Translations under genes and position numbers: made by a program
Shown here: piece after piece, positions 50,751-63,643 of the stretch
How positions within the stretch are numbered: position 1 is the first letter of the stretch
How the letters are laid out: each line of letters starts with the position of its first letter
Notes under the pieces: generated by a model
The model's database searches: none
What the model was told of the DNA's origin: nothing
The model's input: the letters and a program-made list of their open reading frames with translations, nothing else
Source of the DNA: Felis catus
Lineage: Eukaryota
Assembly (NCBI RefSeq): GCF_018350175.1
Contig: NC_058373.1
Location: 111,230,001 to 111,294,000 of the forward strand
Direction: 5' to 3'
DNA length: 64,000 nucleotides

Positions 50751-51145
50751 GACAGATATGTCGTTCTTCACCAAACTTCCATATTGCTGCATGGAAGGCA
50801 GATAAGAGGGCTGGTCCTCCATTAGCCATCTTGGTCCATGAGGATGAGGGTGAGCAGAGAGCTAAATGCAGTCTGGGACCCTAAAACTTCAAGAAACTTT
50901 CAGACTAGCCCTGTTCTGCCTACCTTTGGGCTTTTTTTTTCCTGAAAAATAAGTAATCTTGAAGGTTTTGTTGTTGTTATGGTTTGTTTTCTGAAACGTA
51001 GCTGAACATAATCTTAACTGATACATAGTTTTGATAAATTAGTGATTCTCTGGGAGAGGATGAAGATTGGAATATCTGGTAGGGGAATTTTAGCTTTACC
51101 TGTAATGTTTCAATTTTGATAGCAGAATGTATTCATGTATTATTT

Positions 51146-51148
<3 letters not shown>

Positions 51149-51193
<45 letters not shown>

Positions 51194-51399
51194 TTTTTCA
51201 ACGTTTATTTATTTTGGGGACAGAGAGAGACAGAGCATGAACGGGGGAGGGGCAGAGAGAGGGAGACACAGAATCGGAAACAGGCTCCAGGCTCTGAGCC
51301 ATCAGCCCAGAGCCCGACGCGGGGCTCGAACTCACGGACCGCGAGATCGTGACCTGGCTGAAGTCGGACGCTTAACCGACTGTGCCACCCAGGCGCCCC
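51149..51399 (-). mobile_element. Young SINEC_Fc-type SINE with long poly-A
   Basis: Perfect TSD CATGTATTATTTTCT at 51134-51148 and 51400-51414; long pure T run. Confidence 0.97.
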
Positions 51400-51691
51400 C
51401 ATGTATTATTTTCTAATTAAACATTTTATAATAAATAAGTTACAAAGAAAAAAAAGGGATGACAACATACAGATTAAGAGAGGCCTAAGAAATGTATCAA
51501 CCAATCGCAGTGCATGAACCTGATTTGGATCTTGACTTAAACCAAAAATTTTTTTTTAAACCTATGAGCTAATCAGGGAAAATTTAATATTAGTTGGATA
51601 GTTGCCATTATGGACTTAATATTAATTTTTATGCATGCTAATAATACCATGGTCGTATATTTAAGGTGCTCTTATCTTTTAGGCTCTAAAA

Positions 51692-52358
51692 CATTGTTTT
51701 GCACCCTCAAGACTATTTTTATTTTGGGCCAAAGAATTTTTTTTTGAGTACAGTTGGCACACAATGTTACATTAGTTTCAGGTGTACAACATAGTGATTT
51801 GACAATTTATATATTATGCTGTGTTCACCACAAGTGTAACTACCATCAGTCATCATACAACACTTTCATAGTATCATTGATTATATTCCCTATGCTGTGC
51901 TTTTTATTCCATATGAATGACTTATTCATTCCATAACTGGAAGCCTGTCTATCTCCCTCTCCCTTCACCCATTTTGTCCTTCCCCCAGCCCCCTAGCCAC
52001 CATCAATTTGTTCTCAGCATTTATAGGTCTCATTCTGCTTTTGTTTGTTCATGTTGTTGTTGTTGGTTAGGTTGCACTTATGAGTGAAATCATACGGTAT
52101 TTGTCTTTCTCAGTCTGACTTATTTCACTTAGCATACTATCCTCTAGGTCCATCCATGTCTCAAATAACCCTTTGTTATGGGGAGCTCTCCCATACACCG
52201 TGGGATGTTTAGCAACATCCCTGGATTGTACTCACGAGATACTGGCAGCACACCCCTTCCCCAAATTATGACAATCAGTAGTATCTCCAGACATAGTCAA
52301 ATGTCCCCTGGCAGTGGGGGGTTGTGGGGGCACACTTGGTCTGGGTTAAGAACTACTG
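51692..52358 (-). mobile_element. MER20-like hAT element, interrupted by an L1
   Basis: GGATGTTTAGCAACATCCCTGG...TCTCCAGACAT...AAATGTCCCCTGG; 8-bp TSD CTCTAAAA at 51684-51691 and 52359-52366. Confidence 0.8.
51738..52160 (-). mobile_element. Carnivore L1 3' end fragment
   Basis: TTACATTAGTTTCAGGTGTACAACATAGTGATT...GAGTGAAATCATACGGTATTTGTCTTTCTC. Confidence 0.88.
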
Positions 52359-53079
52359 CTCTAAAATTTAGGGAAGTTTTCGAGAGGTTTACTAGAATAT
52401 TTATGGGTGAAATGATTTGATGTTTGGGTTTTGCTTCAAAATGATCTATGTGATGGGAGTGGGTAAACTGGTTCATAATGAAAAGTCTAAAATACAGCTA
52501 AAAAATTTGAGTCTACTTGTACTTGTCTGTCAATATGGTGGACTCATTGTGAAATCTCTTGTCACTACAAAATCTGAATATACTGGATTAAAAAAAAAAA
52601 AAAAGCAAATATTTACCTTCCTTGGTTCAAGATCTTGTCTCATGTCTCCTACATGACTCTTAACACCCAAGGCCCCGGGCCTTTCTGACTGCGAGGGGGG
52701 CAGGCCCTCTCTCCCACATGACTAACGCAGCTCTACTGGGGACATTCCTCAGCCAGGGGCTCCACTTGGGCCTATTTAAATTGCCTGGTGACCTCACACC
52801 TGATGCTGCCTGGCACCAGTGCTCTATGGGCCTCCTCCCCAAGTCCCAAAGCTCCAGGTGGGAGGGAGTGTGTTTACAGCCAGATTCGTTAGGGCTCTGT
52901 CTTGCTCATCCTGCAGAGAGTCCAGCCCATCGGCTTTCGCTGTTTGCAGGCACCTTTCGCCCTGGCCAAGGCCCAGGCCAGCCCACTCTCTTTAAACACG
53001 CACCACACCTGTGCCCATCTCCTCAGCCAGCTGCTTCACTTGACCAGCTGCTGCCTCACTTGGTCACCTGCTCAGGGTA

Positions 53080-53370
53080 CTCCAGGCCCCCGTGGGGCTC
53101 ACTCTTCCCTGGGGGTTTCTCCTGAGGCGGACTCCGGGGTCCCCCTGATCCTCCCAAGGCTCTGGGCCTCGCCCGGTTTGGTCGGGCCTCCCTCGTGGCT
53201 GGGTTACCTTATCACCCGAGTCTGCCTGGGGTCAGTCAGGGTGGAAGGTGGAGGAGGGGCCTCTGAGCTGCAGGCAACTGCTGTGGAGAGTTCTGGGCCG
53301 AGGGGGGCTCGGCGGGCTGCACGTGGTCTCCAGACACGAGGGTGAGGGGCAGCCTGTCGGGTTCGGGCCG

Positions 53371-53404
<34 letters not shown>

Positions 53405-53760
53405 CCCCGGAGCCCATGGCGGCGGGAGGCGGTGGAAGAAGCCGGGCCCAGGGAGCCCCGCCCGCAGGCCCCTGTCGCCGGCGCGGAGCCGGGGAGCGGG
53501 AGGGCCTGGCTATTTTTACACGGACCCCGTTCCACCGCAGCGGCCGTTTTCCGGGTGGGCGGCAGCTCTCTGCTGGAAGCATCTTCGAGGTGAGAGGGCG
53601 GCAGGAGGCCTAAGCAACCACCGCTTCCTCTACATTTCTGAGTGTGGACCACCCGTCCTGGTTCTCCTCCAGGACAGGGGAAGGCTGGCCTGGACAGACT
53701 CAGGTGAGGCGCCCTTTCCCTTCCCTTCGTAGAAACGGAAGGACGTGTGGGTTCACGACA
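53080..53760. promoter_or_regulatory. CpG island, promoter-like
   Basis: Highest CpG/GC density in the window; GC boxes (CCCGCCCC); donors GAG|GTGAGA (53589/53590) and CAG|GTGAGG (53703/53704). Confidence 0.7.
53373..53403. repeat. Poly-C run (31 C)
   Basis: Directly visible. Confidence 0.95.
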
Positions 53761-54499
53761 GCACTCAGGAGTGGGAGAGCCCTGGGTTCAAATCCTACAC
53801 GTTCCACTCACTAGCTGGCAAGGGGGTCAACATCTTTGTGCCTCACCTTTCCCATGGGAGAGGTGCACGTGTGAAATGAGAAAGTGCGGCCTACTTCAGA
53901 AAGCTATTGTGTGAGCAGTAAATGAGATTATATATGTATTTATAAACATAAACACATGTTATCTACACGTATAATGCAGGACAGGAACTAGTAATATTGA
54001 CCTCTCTCAGTTGTTCTCACACTACTCTTATTAATGACCCTCCTTTTATGCCAGCGAGGTGGGGGGTTGTCCTCAGTCTACACAAATGGCTTTTCCTTTC
54101 CTGCCAACATCTCATAGATACCTCTGATATCAAGGGTACCAATGATAATTTAGGGGTCAGTAATCCTGCCTGTGCCTTTGGCTGTAGCTGTTTATAACTT
54201 CAGTTTATTGAAAGCTTGGTCATGGAAACAAAGACCCTTTTCCTCCTCTGGCCCTGTTGTCAAGCAAGTGATGTAGACCCAGAGAAGGAAGAGAGCAGGC
54301 TGGCAAGGGGCAGGGGCAGTGGGGAGCAATTTAAGATGATGGAGCAAGAGCAGCATTGAAATAATCAAATATTGGCACAGTAGGATTAAAACCTTCTGAG
54401 GGGGGAGACTTAGTGACTATGTAGACGTGTTTGGGGTTCAGGGATCACCAATAAGGTGCTGTTAGGCTTTGGTTGCCGACACCTGTGGTTTTCGCCTAC

Positions 54500-54985
54500 C
54501 CCTCCCCTCCCCTCCCCCACCCTAAGTACCGAATGGTTTTTGGAAACCACCCACCTTTTATTCTCTTTCCATGTAGTTCAGGCGGAAACCTCCCCACCTC
54601 CAGATCCAGGGCGGGTTTGTGACCCAGGCTTGGCTAACTATAGTCATAGTGATTTGTTGAGGACTAAGTCTTTTGTCCAGGGAGGGTCAGGGAGAGTCCA
54701 CACTGAGACTTTTGCTGAAAGAGATACCCTTTTTTCAGTGGAGTTGCTAAGCTGGGAAGGTGTAAGTGAAAAAGCAGTGGTGGCCATCTTTGTCACTGCA
54801 TGGGCAGTCTGCCCGAGAACAAAGACAGAGAGAAAAGGCAGATCTGAGAGGTGGAGACACATACATTTCTTATTCCCCTTGCTGAGCAGGTGGAACTAGC
54901 CATTCCCGAAGATGCAGGGCTTTAAAATACATGAGCTAACATTGGGTTTCTGTTAATGGCAACCAGAGGGGTTCTGACTAATTCA
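54500..54985 (+). mobile_element. Old MaLR (MLT1-type) LTR
   Basis: GTGACCCAGGCTTGGCTAA, GTGGCCATCTTTGTCACTGCATG, terminal TTGGGTTTCTGTTAATGGCAACCAGAGGGGTTCTGACTAATTCA. Confidence 0.7.
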
Positions 54986-55700
54986 TCCTTCTATTTATTT
55001 TTTATTTCGATGGAAAATTTGCAATTTTTACACTGTAGCATAAAAACAGAACTCTGACATGTTTGACAACATATTTTTGACAGTTCGATCTATTTCTGAC
55101 AAAGACGTGCTGGGAAGCTGTGGGAACACATCCCCTGTGTCTGCCCCCCTCCTTTTATTCAGAGCTACATAAATGTATGCTAATGATCTTATGATGACAA
55201 TCAGAACGGTACTCCAAGAAGACTATAGCAGTCAGGAGTAGGATCAGAGTAGGGAGAGACAAGAGGCAGAAAGACTACTCAGGAGGCCGATTTAATGATT
55301 CAAATGAGAAGTAATGAGGATCTTCATGAGGTGGGAGCCCCAGAAATAGAAAGGAAAGACCCTGCAGAGGGTGGATTATCATGGTCTGGCAACAGATTAG
55401 AGGGTAAAGGAGTAAAAAGTAAAGTGTTTTCATCTACAAGGCTCTACAGGACCTGACTTGCCTTCCTGCATTGTTCCTCATTTCTCTCTTACTAACTCTT
55501 TCCTTTGCGAGTCCGCCCAGCGACTCTGGCTTTTGAATTCACGGTGCCCTCTGCTTGGCACGCTTTTACTCCAGATAGTCCCTGGTTCCTGTCTCACTTC
55601 CTTCAAGCCTCCACTCAGATGACGTTGCATCAGAAAGGCTTCCCTGAAGTGCCCCCGAACCCGTGAAAGCCTGTGATTATGGCTTTCATCCTCAGCATGT

Positions 55701-55910
55701 CTTTTTTCTTTTTTAAACGTTTATTTATTTTTTGAGAGACATAGAGCACAAGTTGGGGAGGGGCAGAGAGAGAAGGAGACACAGACTCGAAGCAGGCTCC
55801 AGGCTCCGAGATGTCAGCACAGAGCCCAATGTGGGGCTCGAACCACAAACTGTGAGATCATGACCTGAGCCAAGGTCGGACGCTTAACCGACTGAGCCAC
55901 CCAGGCACCC
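55701..55910 (-). mobile_element. Felid Can-SINE within an L2 relic
   Basis: Full body; flanking CATCCTCAGCA...TGTCTT copies. Confidence 0.93.
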
Positions 55911-56477
55911 CTCATCCATCCTCAGCAGCATGTCTTACACCTGCTTAATCTTTCTCCATAGTGCATAGCTTCTCACTGATTATGTATATATTTCTTTTCC
56001 GTCTCCCTCGACTAAGATGCAGGCTCCCTGAAAGCAGTGACTTTTGTTCACTGCCGAGTCCCCAGAACTTAGGACAGAATCTGGCACAAAATTTTACAGA
56101 GAAAGAAATCAACAACTGGGACAATGATGGGGTGCTGGCAGAAACAGAAACACTGAGAGAGGAGTGGGACCAGGGTTGGTGGGGCGGAGGAGTGAGGTAG
56201 TGAGTCAGTTCAGACCCTGCGGAACTTGAAGTTAGATGTGCAAACAGCTATATCAGGCTTGTGGTTGAAGTGCTGGTCCGGAGCTCAGGAGAAGCCAGAG
56301 GTGGAGGTCTAGAGAGAAATTTTGCTTCAAAGGCTGGTGGCTGCTGTGGTGGAGTCCGTGAAGTCCGGCTCTGAGGAGGCCATGATGAGACCTGCGGACA
56401 GGGCCCTGGAGAGAGTCTAGGGGGCCAACTAGTCTTTGTTTGACCAGGAGTTTCCTGGTTTAAAAACTAAAAGTCTA

Positions 56478-56662
56478 GGAGTGCCTGGGTCGCTCAGTTG
56501 GTTAAGTGTCTGACTTCTGGCTTTGACTTAGGTCATGATCTCGGGTCATGAGTTCAAGCCCCGCATCATGCTCTGTGCTGGTGGCCCGGAGCCTGCTGGG
56601 AATTCTCTCCTTCTGTCTATGCACAACCCCCTCAAAATAAATAAATACACTTTAAAAAAAAA
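56478..56662 (+). mobile_element. Can-SINE
   Basis: GGAGTGCCTGGGTCGCTCAGTTGG head; flanking AAAGTCTAG copies. Confidence 0.9.
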
Positions 56663-59600
56663 TCCTTAAAGTCTAGCGAAGAACCGCTCAGTCTCAGGCA
56701 AACTGCAGTAGTTGGTCACCCTAAGAAGTCCCTTCCATTGAGGAAGAAGGAGGGGGAGGACTGGTTGGAAAAGATAGAGGAAAAGCAGCCTGGAGCTTCC
56801 TCACAGAACTCAAGGAAGGGGAAGACTTTGGTCAGGAGAGATCTCCCTTCTCCTTCTCTGGCCTTCGACCAGTTTGGTTCCGACCTTCTGAGCCCAGGAA
56901 GGCTGAATTACCTCTGAGCTTCCCCCACCCCACCTCTCAGCAAAAGGTGATGGCTTCCTGATAAGCTGGGTGATTTGTTTGGTTCCAGGGCTGAGGTCCC
57001 AGCTCCAACCAACTGGAGCAAGTATGAGCCCTTAGATTCTTGTGTCTGGGGACTTAAAGTGATGCCCTGGATAACTAGTTCTAAGTCTGTGATCATTTTC
57101 TGCTTGTGCCAAGGGGGAGTTTAAGAGGGTAAACAACTGTGCATTTGCCTAGCCACTGTGGCTAAGGAAACAGGAAGCTGCCTCTCCTCTTGTAAACAAC
57201 ACCGGCCAAGATTAGTAGCACTTGTAAGGTGCCACTCTTAGCAGTGGGCACTGAAATGTGCCCGGAACGAAATTTCAAGTGAGAAAAATAGTTGCTGGGG
57301 ACATAGAAACACAAAAGGAACCCTAAGAGGCATTTGCAAACCTCTTTCTGAACTTGAGTCCTGAACCAAGTATTTGGAGCTTTGGTTATTATAAAGAGCC
57401 CATGAGACAATAAATTAGAAAGTACCTCAAGTTGTGTAATTTAATTGAACAATTAAAGTTGTGTAATTATTTAAAATAATTACACAAATACAAGGTCTTT
57501 TCACTGGGCCTTGCTTGAAATAAAGGATCTGTAGAAAACATGGTCCCTGTCTTTAGAGAACTTTATGGCTTACCGGTAGAGACAGGATATATACCAAATG
57601 TCTGATAAGAACTTAACTATGTTTATTAAGCAGTGTATAAGGAAGTGGAAGTAAAAGTTGTGTCAACTCCCTGATTCTCTTACCCCTTCCCAGTTCTCTA
57701 ACCTACAACACACACATCTACCTTCCTAATGAGCATGGAGAAAAGTGCCCTAATTCATTTAGGCCAGACCACAGTAGTGTTTCCATCCAACTGTCTTTAG
57801 CCATAGACCTGCTCTGGGAAGAAAGGGTCATGGATGTGGCAAGCCTGAGCTTAAATACATTGCCTAGAAAGTTAATTCAGTAAATATTTATAGGCCATCT
57901 ACTTGAGGCCTAGTGCTGCACTGGGTTTTGTAGAAGTCTAAAAGAGGTCCCCAAAACAAGGCCTCATTATTATCAAGTGTCAGTGTAAGTTGTAAGTGCA
58001 ATAAAATTCTAGAAAAGGGAAACATTAATATTTTAAGCAGACTATATATTTCATGGAGACGGGGCCATGAACTGGACAGGCTGTCAAAACAGAAGGAAAT
58101 CTGGTGAGTCAGGGTGTAATAGAATGAGTGAGAGTGGCGTTTGGAAAACTAGGGGCAAGACTTTCTGCCGAGATCCAGCTCCCGCAAGAAGAAAGAGTGT
58201 TTTACTGTTCCTTAAAAATATGGATTGCTTTCAGTGGTATAAAAAAACAAAAACAAAAACAAGAACAACCATGGTTCTTGAGAAGTTAAAGGACTTAAAT
58301 GGACAAACTTCCACACCCTAGTACTTGAGTAGAGAACCTGGCACTCAGCCATTTAAAACCCCAAGTCCTTCTGGGATAGGAAGGTCCACTGTGCTAAGAA
58401 GAACAGAGCATCTGAGCTAATGGCACTGCCTCCTACTTGAAGCCAATGATGTCAATGCTGAGTTAACAGCACTGAGCTCAGCTGCCACTGCTGCCGTCCC
58501 CTGCAGCTTTAGGTGTTCACCAGAGGCACTGTGGTCGCCCATTAAAATTGCCTTGTGCCTCTGCGCTAGGCCACCTCACTGGGCTCTTGCTTCCTAGGAT
58601 GAGAACCCACCTGCTGAAGTTGCTCCTATTACCCCAGTCCCAAATGACTCTGCAAATTGAGGACTATTCCCTATCTACATTCATTCCCGCTTGTCCCCAG
58701 AGTGCTGTTTGTGTAGCCCCAATATCTTAAGGAAATTTCGTGTGACTCCGCCTACTTTGGCTCTACACCACCCCAGCCCTCTCTTTAGGATTTAGCCACA
58801 TCCACAGGATGCTGGATGGGAACAATCTGGGAGGCATGCACCAGCTGCTACTCAAAACCACTGCTTCCCCCAGAAGTCAAGGGCATTATCATCAGCGGCA
58901 GCTTGTGTTTGCCAGTGTCTCCCTTAGAAAGTGACCTTCTTCGCTGGCCCCTTGGTCCCTCGTACATATAGGTTCCTGACAGGCCTCCCTACTGGTTCTC
59001 TAGACAAGCCTGGACATGTCTGAGCCCCAGCATCAAGATGGTGATCCCCAGCCTGGATTTTCAGCACTTTTAAAGAGAAAAAAATAGATGGAAATATCTA
59101 TTAGACTATTCTATTAGATAGAAATAGAGAAAAAAAATAACTTTTAAGTTAAAAGCGTAACTTTCTTGGAACCTTCAGAACCGATCAACAGGCAATTAGG
59201 GCTGAGATGACAATATAAGAACCTCTTGGATGAACATTAGAAGGGGGGGGGACACTGATTGAGAAAATTGTTAAATGCAAAGATAAAAAGCCCTAGCCTT
59301 TGAGAACAGATGGGCGGAATTGCACCAAAACCAGTAAAAAAGGAGTTATCTGCAGAGCCGGCCTCTGTGACCTGCCATTGCTAAGCACTCAGAGGACCTG
59401 GAGGAGGCCCTCTCTGGGGCTGTTTGATAAAGCAAGGGCAATCACAGTGCTACGGCCCCTGCTAGGAACTTTTCAGTACACTATCTCTAATCTTCAAAGA
59501 ACCCCGTGTTACTGGAAAAAACCACCTGCCCACACCCACTCTCTCCCCTACTCAGCAGACAGGGCCCCTGGAGGAAAAAAGCTTTGTCTCAGAGCGAATG

Positions 59601-60223
59601 TACCTGCACAAGGGGTAATTTTAGAGTTTTGATAGAGCTTTTGCACACGTTAAGGGAGAGTGGCTTTTGCAGGGAGGGACTAGAGAGAGGTGAATTGGGT
59701 GCAGAAGATAATAGGAAGAACCTGTGTTTTCCTTTGAGGGTGGGCGAAGGAAGAGGGCAGAAGAGAGAGAAGAGGAGGCCGGTGAGCATGGCGGGAGATC
59801 AGAGCTGGAACCACGAAGAAGCCTGGTGACCAAGACACTCAGAGAAACGATATTCATTTTAGAGTCCGCTTAACTGGATGTAAATCCCTCCATGCCTTGG
59901 GTGAGGGAGTCTTTGTCGAATTTAAGGAAAGGGGCACCCACAGCCTGTGGGGTGTGTGACATGGCACAGGTCTGAGGCAGTGTCGGCCTCGCATTGGTAA
60001 ACACTTCCAATGTCATTGGAATCTCTTCAGAAACAACCTTTTAAAATTTATGCACAATTATTCACGCACAGAATTAATTTTCTGAACGGCACAAAATTGG
60101 GCGTTCCGGGTGTTTCCAGCCTCGTTTTGTTTGTGCATCCACTTTTACTGAGCAGCACGTTAACCGTCCCCGAATAAAATGAGGTAATCCAGACTAACGA
60201 GGATCCTCAAATTCTTGAGAGAC

Positions 60224-60660
60224 TGACAGAGTAAATGAACGATGGCCAGACCATATGTAAAAATTGAACTCTGACCCCCAACCTCTATGGCAACCAGCCC
60301 AGGAAGCCAAAGCACAACCTCTGTAGTAATCGGCCCGGAATCATCAACTTCCCTAAATTTTGCCTAAGCTTCCAACTCAGGACCAACCAGAGAAAGCCAA
60401 ACGGACTCTCTGAACCAATCACACAATGTGCCCCGCTTCTGCTTAGGCTGCCGCCAGCTCCCCCACGCCGGCAGCCTCCAGGCAGAGCGTATCTGAAGCC
60501 TTCTCTGTTTTCCACCGCGTAGCTTTTCCACTGCCCCACCTGTCTTTGAGCCTCTGCCAAAAGCAAGTGATGGCGGCTGACCTCATTGCCCCAGCAAGCT
60601 GTGCGTGAACAGCCTCTGCTTGTCACCTGCGGGTGGTCTTTGTGCCCACATTCCTCTCAA
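60224..60660 (+). mobile_element. ERV1-type solo LTR (subfamily uncertain)
   Basis: GAACTCTGACCCCCAACCTCT...CAACCAGCCCAGGAAGCCAA...GGACCAACCAGAGAAAGCCAAA...AACCAATCAC motifs. Confidence 0.65.
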
Positions 60661-63258
60661 GGTTTGTCTCAGGTTAACCTGGTACCCACGGAACCCGGAG
60701 GAATGTCACAGGCCGGACCATTGCATCAGAGCCTTTCCACCATGAGCCACTGGAAAATACCTGGCTATTTGTAGAAGGATGTCTAAGAGAAAAACACCGC
60801 CCCCACACCTCACACAACAGACCCATCCGACGGAAGGGCCCGGGCCCAGTGTTCTTCCTGGACTGTCGGTGCCCTATGGACATGCAGCAGCAGCAGCAGG
60901 AAGCCACAGAAAAGAAATCAGCTGTGGAGTTCGGATTGCTCCAGTTTGTCACGCTGCCACGTCGCCAGCCCATGGTGCCGTGCCAATTACCACCGCCAGC
61001 GCTGAAGTCACTTTTCAAAACATGGTCAAACAAACTCCGTCGGGGCCAGCCAGGTGTTAAAACACTCAGACACGATTGTCAAAGCAAAGAATTATGTGCC
61101 GGTAAATAGAAGTCTGGGCTCCAGTTAAGCAGTCGCCTGGATGCCAGCCTGCAGATTAACCCTTTGTGGACAGACTGGCCGGTCACCGCGTCCGTGGGAC
61201 AGGGCTAGAGAGAGGGCAAAATGGCATAGGGTGGGAGGGGCCTGGCATGGGGTTCAGTCAGACTGAAACCGGGGTGTTTTTCTCTACTGCCATTCCTGGG
61301 CAACCACAACTTTGGGGGCTGTGGGCGATGCTGTCAATTCTGACGATCTATAAGGCAGGTGTAGGTGTTTCACATGCTTTCTGAAGCCCCTTGGCCTGTG
61401 CTCACGCAGACACCCAGAACCATCGGGAAACTGATGCATGTTTGCTGACCGCCTACTCTGTGTCAAGCACTGAGTTTCCTTGATGTGTCAGGGCTTTAGT
61501 CTTATCTCATCAGGGCTCCTTCTCCAGAGGGTCCTTGTTCCGTGCCACTGCTGATGCTTCCATTCTGGGCTAAAGCTCCTTTTCAGCCCAACATTCTGAG
61601 AAACGATGTGGCTAAATTTTGAATAGGCTTTTAGAGCCTATTTAGCACCGTTTACAAAACCCACTTGGTTTAATCTCTGCAAGTTGGTATTATCATTATC
61701 ATGATTCCTCTTCTGAGGCTCAGAGAGTTTAACTAACTCGTCCGTGATCACACAGCTAGAAAGGCAGACAGCCAGGGCTCCTCTGACTCCAAGCTCCAAG
61801 ATGAATACTTTGGTGGTGGGGGCTTGGGGACCGGAGGTGGCCAGGTAGTGTGGGATGTCTAGCTGTCACTAGAGCCTTAGGTGTTTGCCCGAAGCTTCCT
61901 GACACAGTGGAGGGTGATGAGTGTGAGGCAGCCATGGCTGGTGTTTACAAAGCTCACAACTCAGAGGGAGGCTAGAAAGAGCCTCTGGGTTGTCTTCAAG
62001 CCCCAGAAAGGGAGTGCCTAAGTGAAACCACCCTTCTACCCTTCTGGTATTTTAATGGAACAAAAAGCAGGAAATACAAGGAGTCAGCTGGTTCCTGGAA
62101 TGGCCCCTAACATACACTTTAACTATAACCAACTAGTCATTTCCTGGATGTAGAAGAAAGGTTTAAGAAAAACGTGACTGAGAAAGGGTCCCAGCCACCA
62201 GCCCAGCCAGCTGCAGAGAAGGAAACAAATGAGGTTCTATAGATGGAATCTTTTGTTTCAGTAGAGGTTAATTATGGCTCCTCGGTAACCTGGGGTGGGG
62301 GAGCTAACACCATAATGCTTCCCTCAATGCAGTACCTCTGGAGGGAGCACCATGGTGGGGACTCTGGAGGGATCACTTAGAAGAAAGGTCATAAATCTGG
62401 AGAAATTGGGGGATCAAGTCAGATGTTGGGAAGGGTAAGGAGCCCACGAATCTGGGAAAGAAAGGACATTTTCCTGCAAAGAGTTTTCCCTCCCTATTCT
62501 CTTTTCATGCCCGTTTAGGTGGTAAGACCACGTGATGATAAATTCTACCCCCAGCCAAAGTAAGGATGCCCAGGGTAGCAGTGAGCCTGTGCACAGAGTC
62601 TGTACTGGCTGAATGCAGAGGCGGCCAGGGAGGGGCAGGCTTGGTTTCTTGCCCCTCCTGATGCCAGAACCACTGCCCACCAATGTGCCTCCAGGGGGCT
62701 GTGAAAGCCAAGATCCCACCTAGGTCCTTGCCCACAGCCTCTATACAACTTTCTCCTACCAGTCCCTCACACCCAGGGCAGCCTGTCCCACGCAGAGAAC
62801 AGCACATGCATTTAGATTGATTCTGTACTTGCTTGCCTTCTAAGTGGCCCAGAACACGCTCCCTTGGGGTACCAGACTCCCTCCTTGCCTGGGAACAAGA
62901 GAGGACAAGGAGGCAGAAGTGGAGGAAGCCTTCCTTCTGCTGTCTTATTGTCCAGTCCTATCCTCCACTAGTACCCTGGCCAGGTGGTACCCCACAGGTG
63001 GCAATTTCCTGCTGATCAGCTCCCTTTTCTGTGAAACCAGCATCAGGGTACTGGGTGGTGTGGGGGCAATGGCCATCAGTGACACAGGGGAAAGAGAACT
63101 CTCAGCTCCGTCCTCACAAGGCATGCCTATGTGCTTCACAGACTACTTGGGATGCTTGAGCGGGGACTAAGTTTTTGCCCGAAGACTTTTGAAATCTTTG
63201 TGAAGAGAATAGAAGACACAGGGCAAGTCAATAGTAAACTCAGATTTCAAAGAGTCCA

Positions 63259-63466
63259 GGGACACCTAGGTGGCTCAGTCGGTAAAGCATTTGACTTCGG
63301 CTCAGATCATGACCTCATGGTTCATGAGTTTGAGCCCTACATTGGACTCTGCACTGACAGCCTGGAGCCTGCTTGGGATTCTCTCTCTCTCCCTCTCTCT
63401 GCTACTCCCCAACTTGTGCTTTCTTTCTCTCTCAAAATAAATAAATAATAAACTTGAAAAAAAAAA
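63259..63466 (+). mobile_element. Can-SINE
   Basis: TSD AAAGAGTCCA at 63249-63258 and 63467-63476. Confidence 0.93.
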
Positions 63467-63643
63467 AAAGAGTCCATAAGAGAGCCTTGGGCTTTGCAAG
63501 AAGCAAGACTTGGATACAGCTTTAGGGCAGATGGTTACTTAATTCTGGGAAAACCAATGAAATGGCCTGTTTAATTATGCAAATGTAGAGATACAGTAGT
63601 TGGAAGGGAAAAGTGCTCTGGGTGGTAAAGTGAATGAATGTTT

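Noticed and set aside
53232..53652. Overlapping poly-Pro and poly-Gly ORFs of 83-138 aa
   Set aside because: Explained by the poly-C run and the scarcity of stop codons in GC-rich DNA.
60779..61109. ORFs with QQQQQ or AAAAA tracts
   Set aside because: Caused by a short (CAG)5 run; no splice context or recognisable homology.
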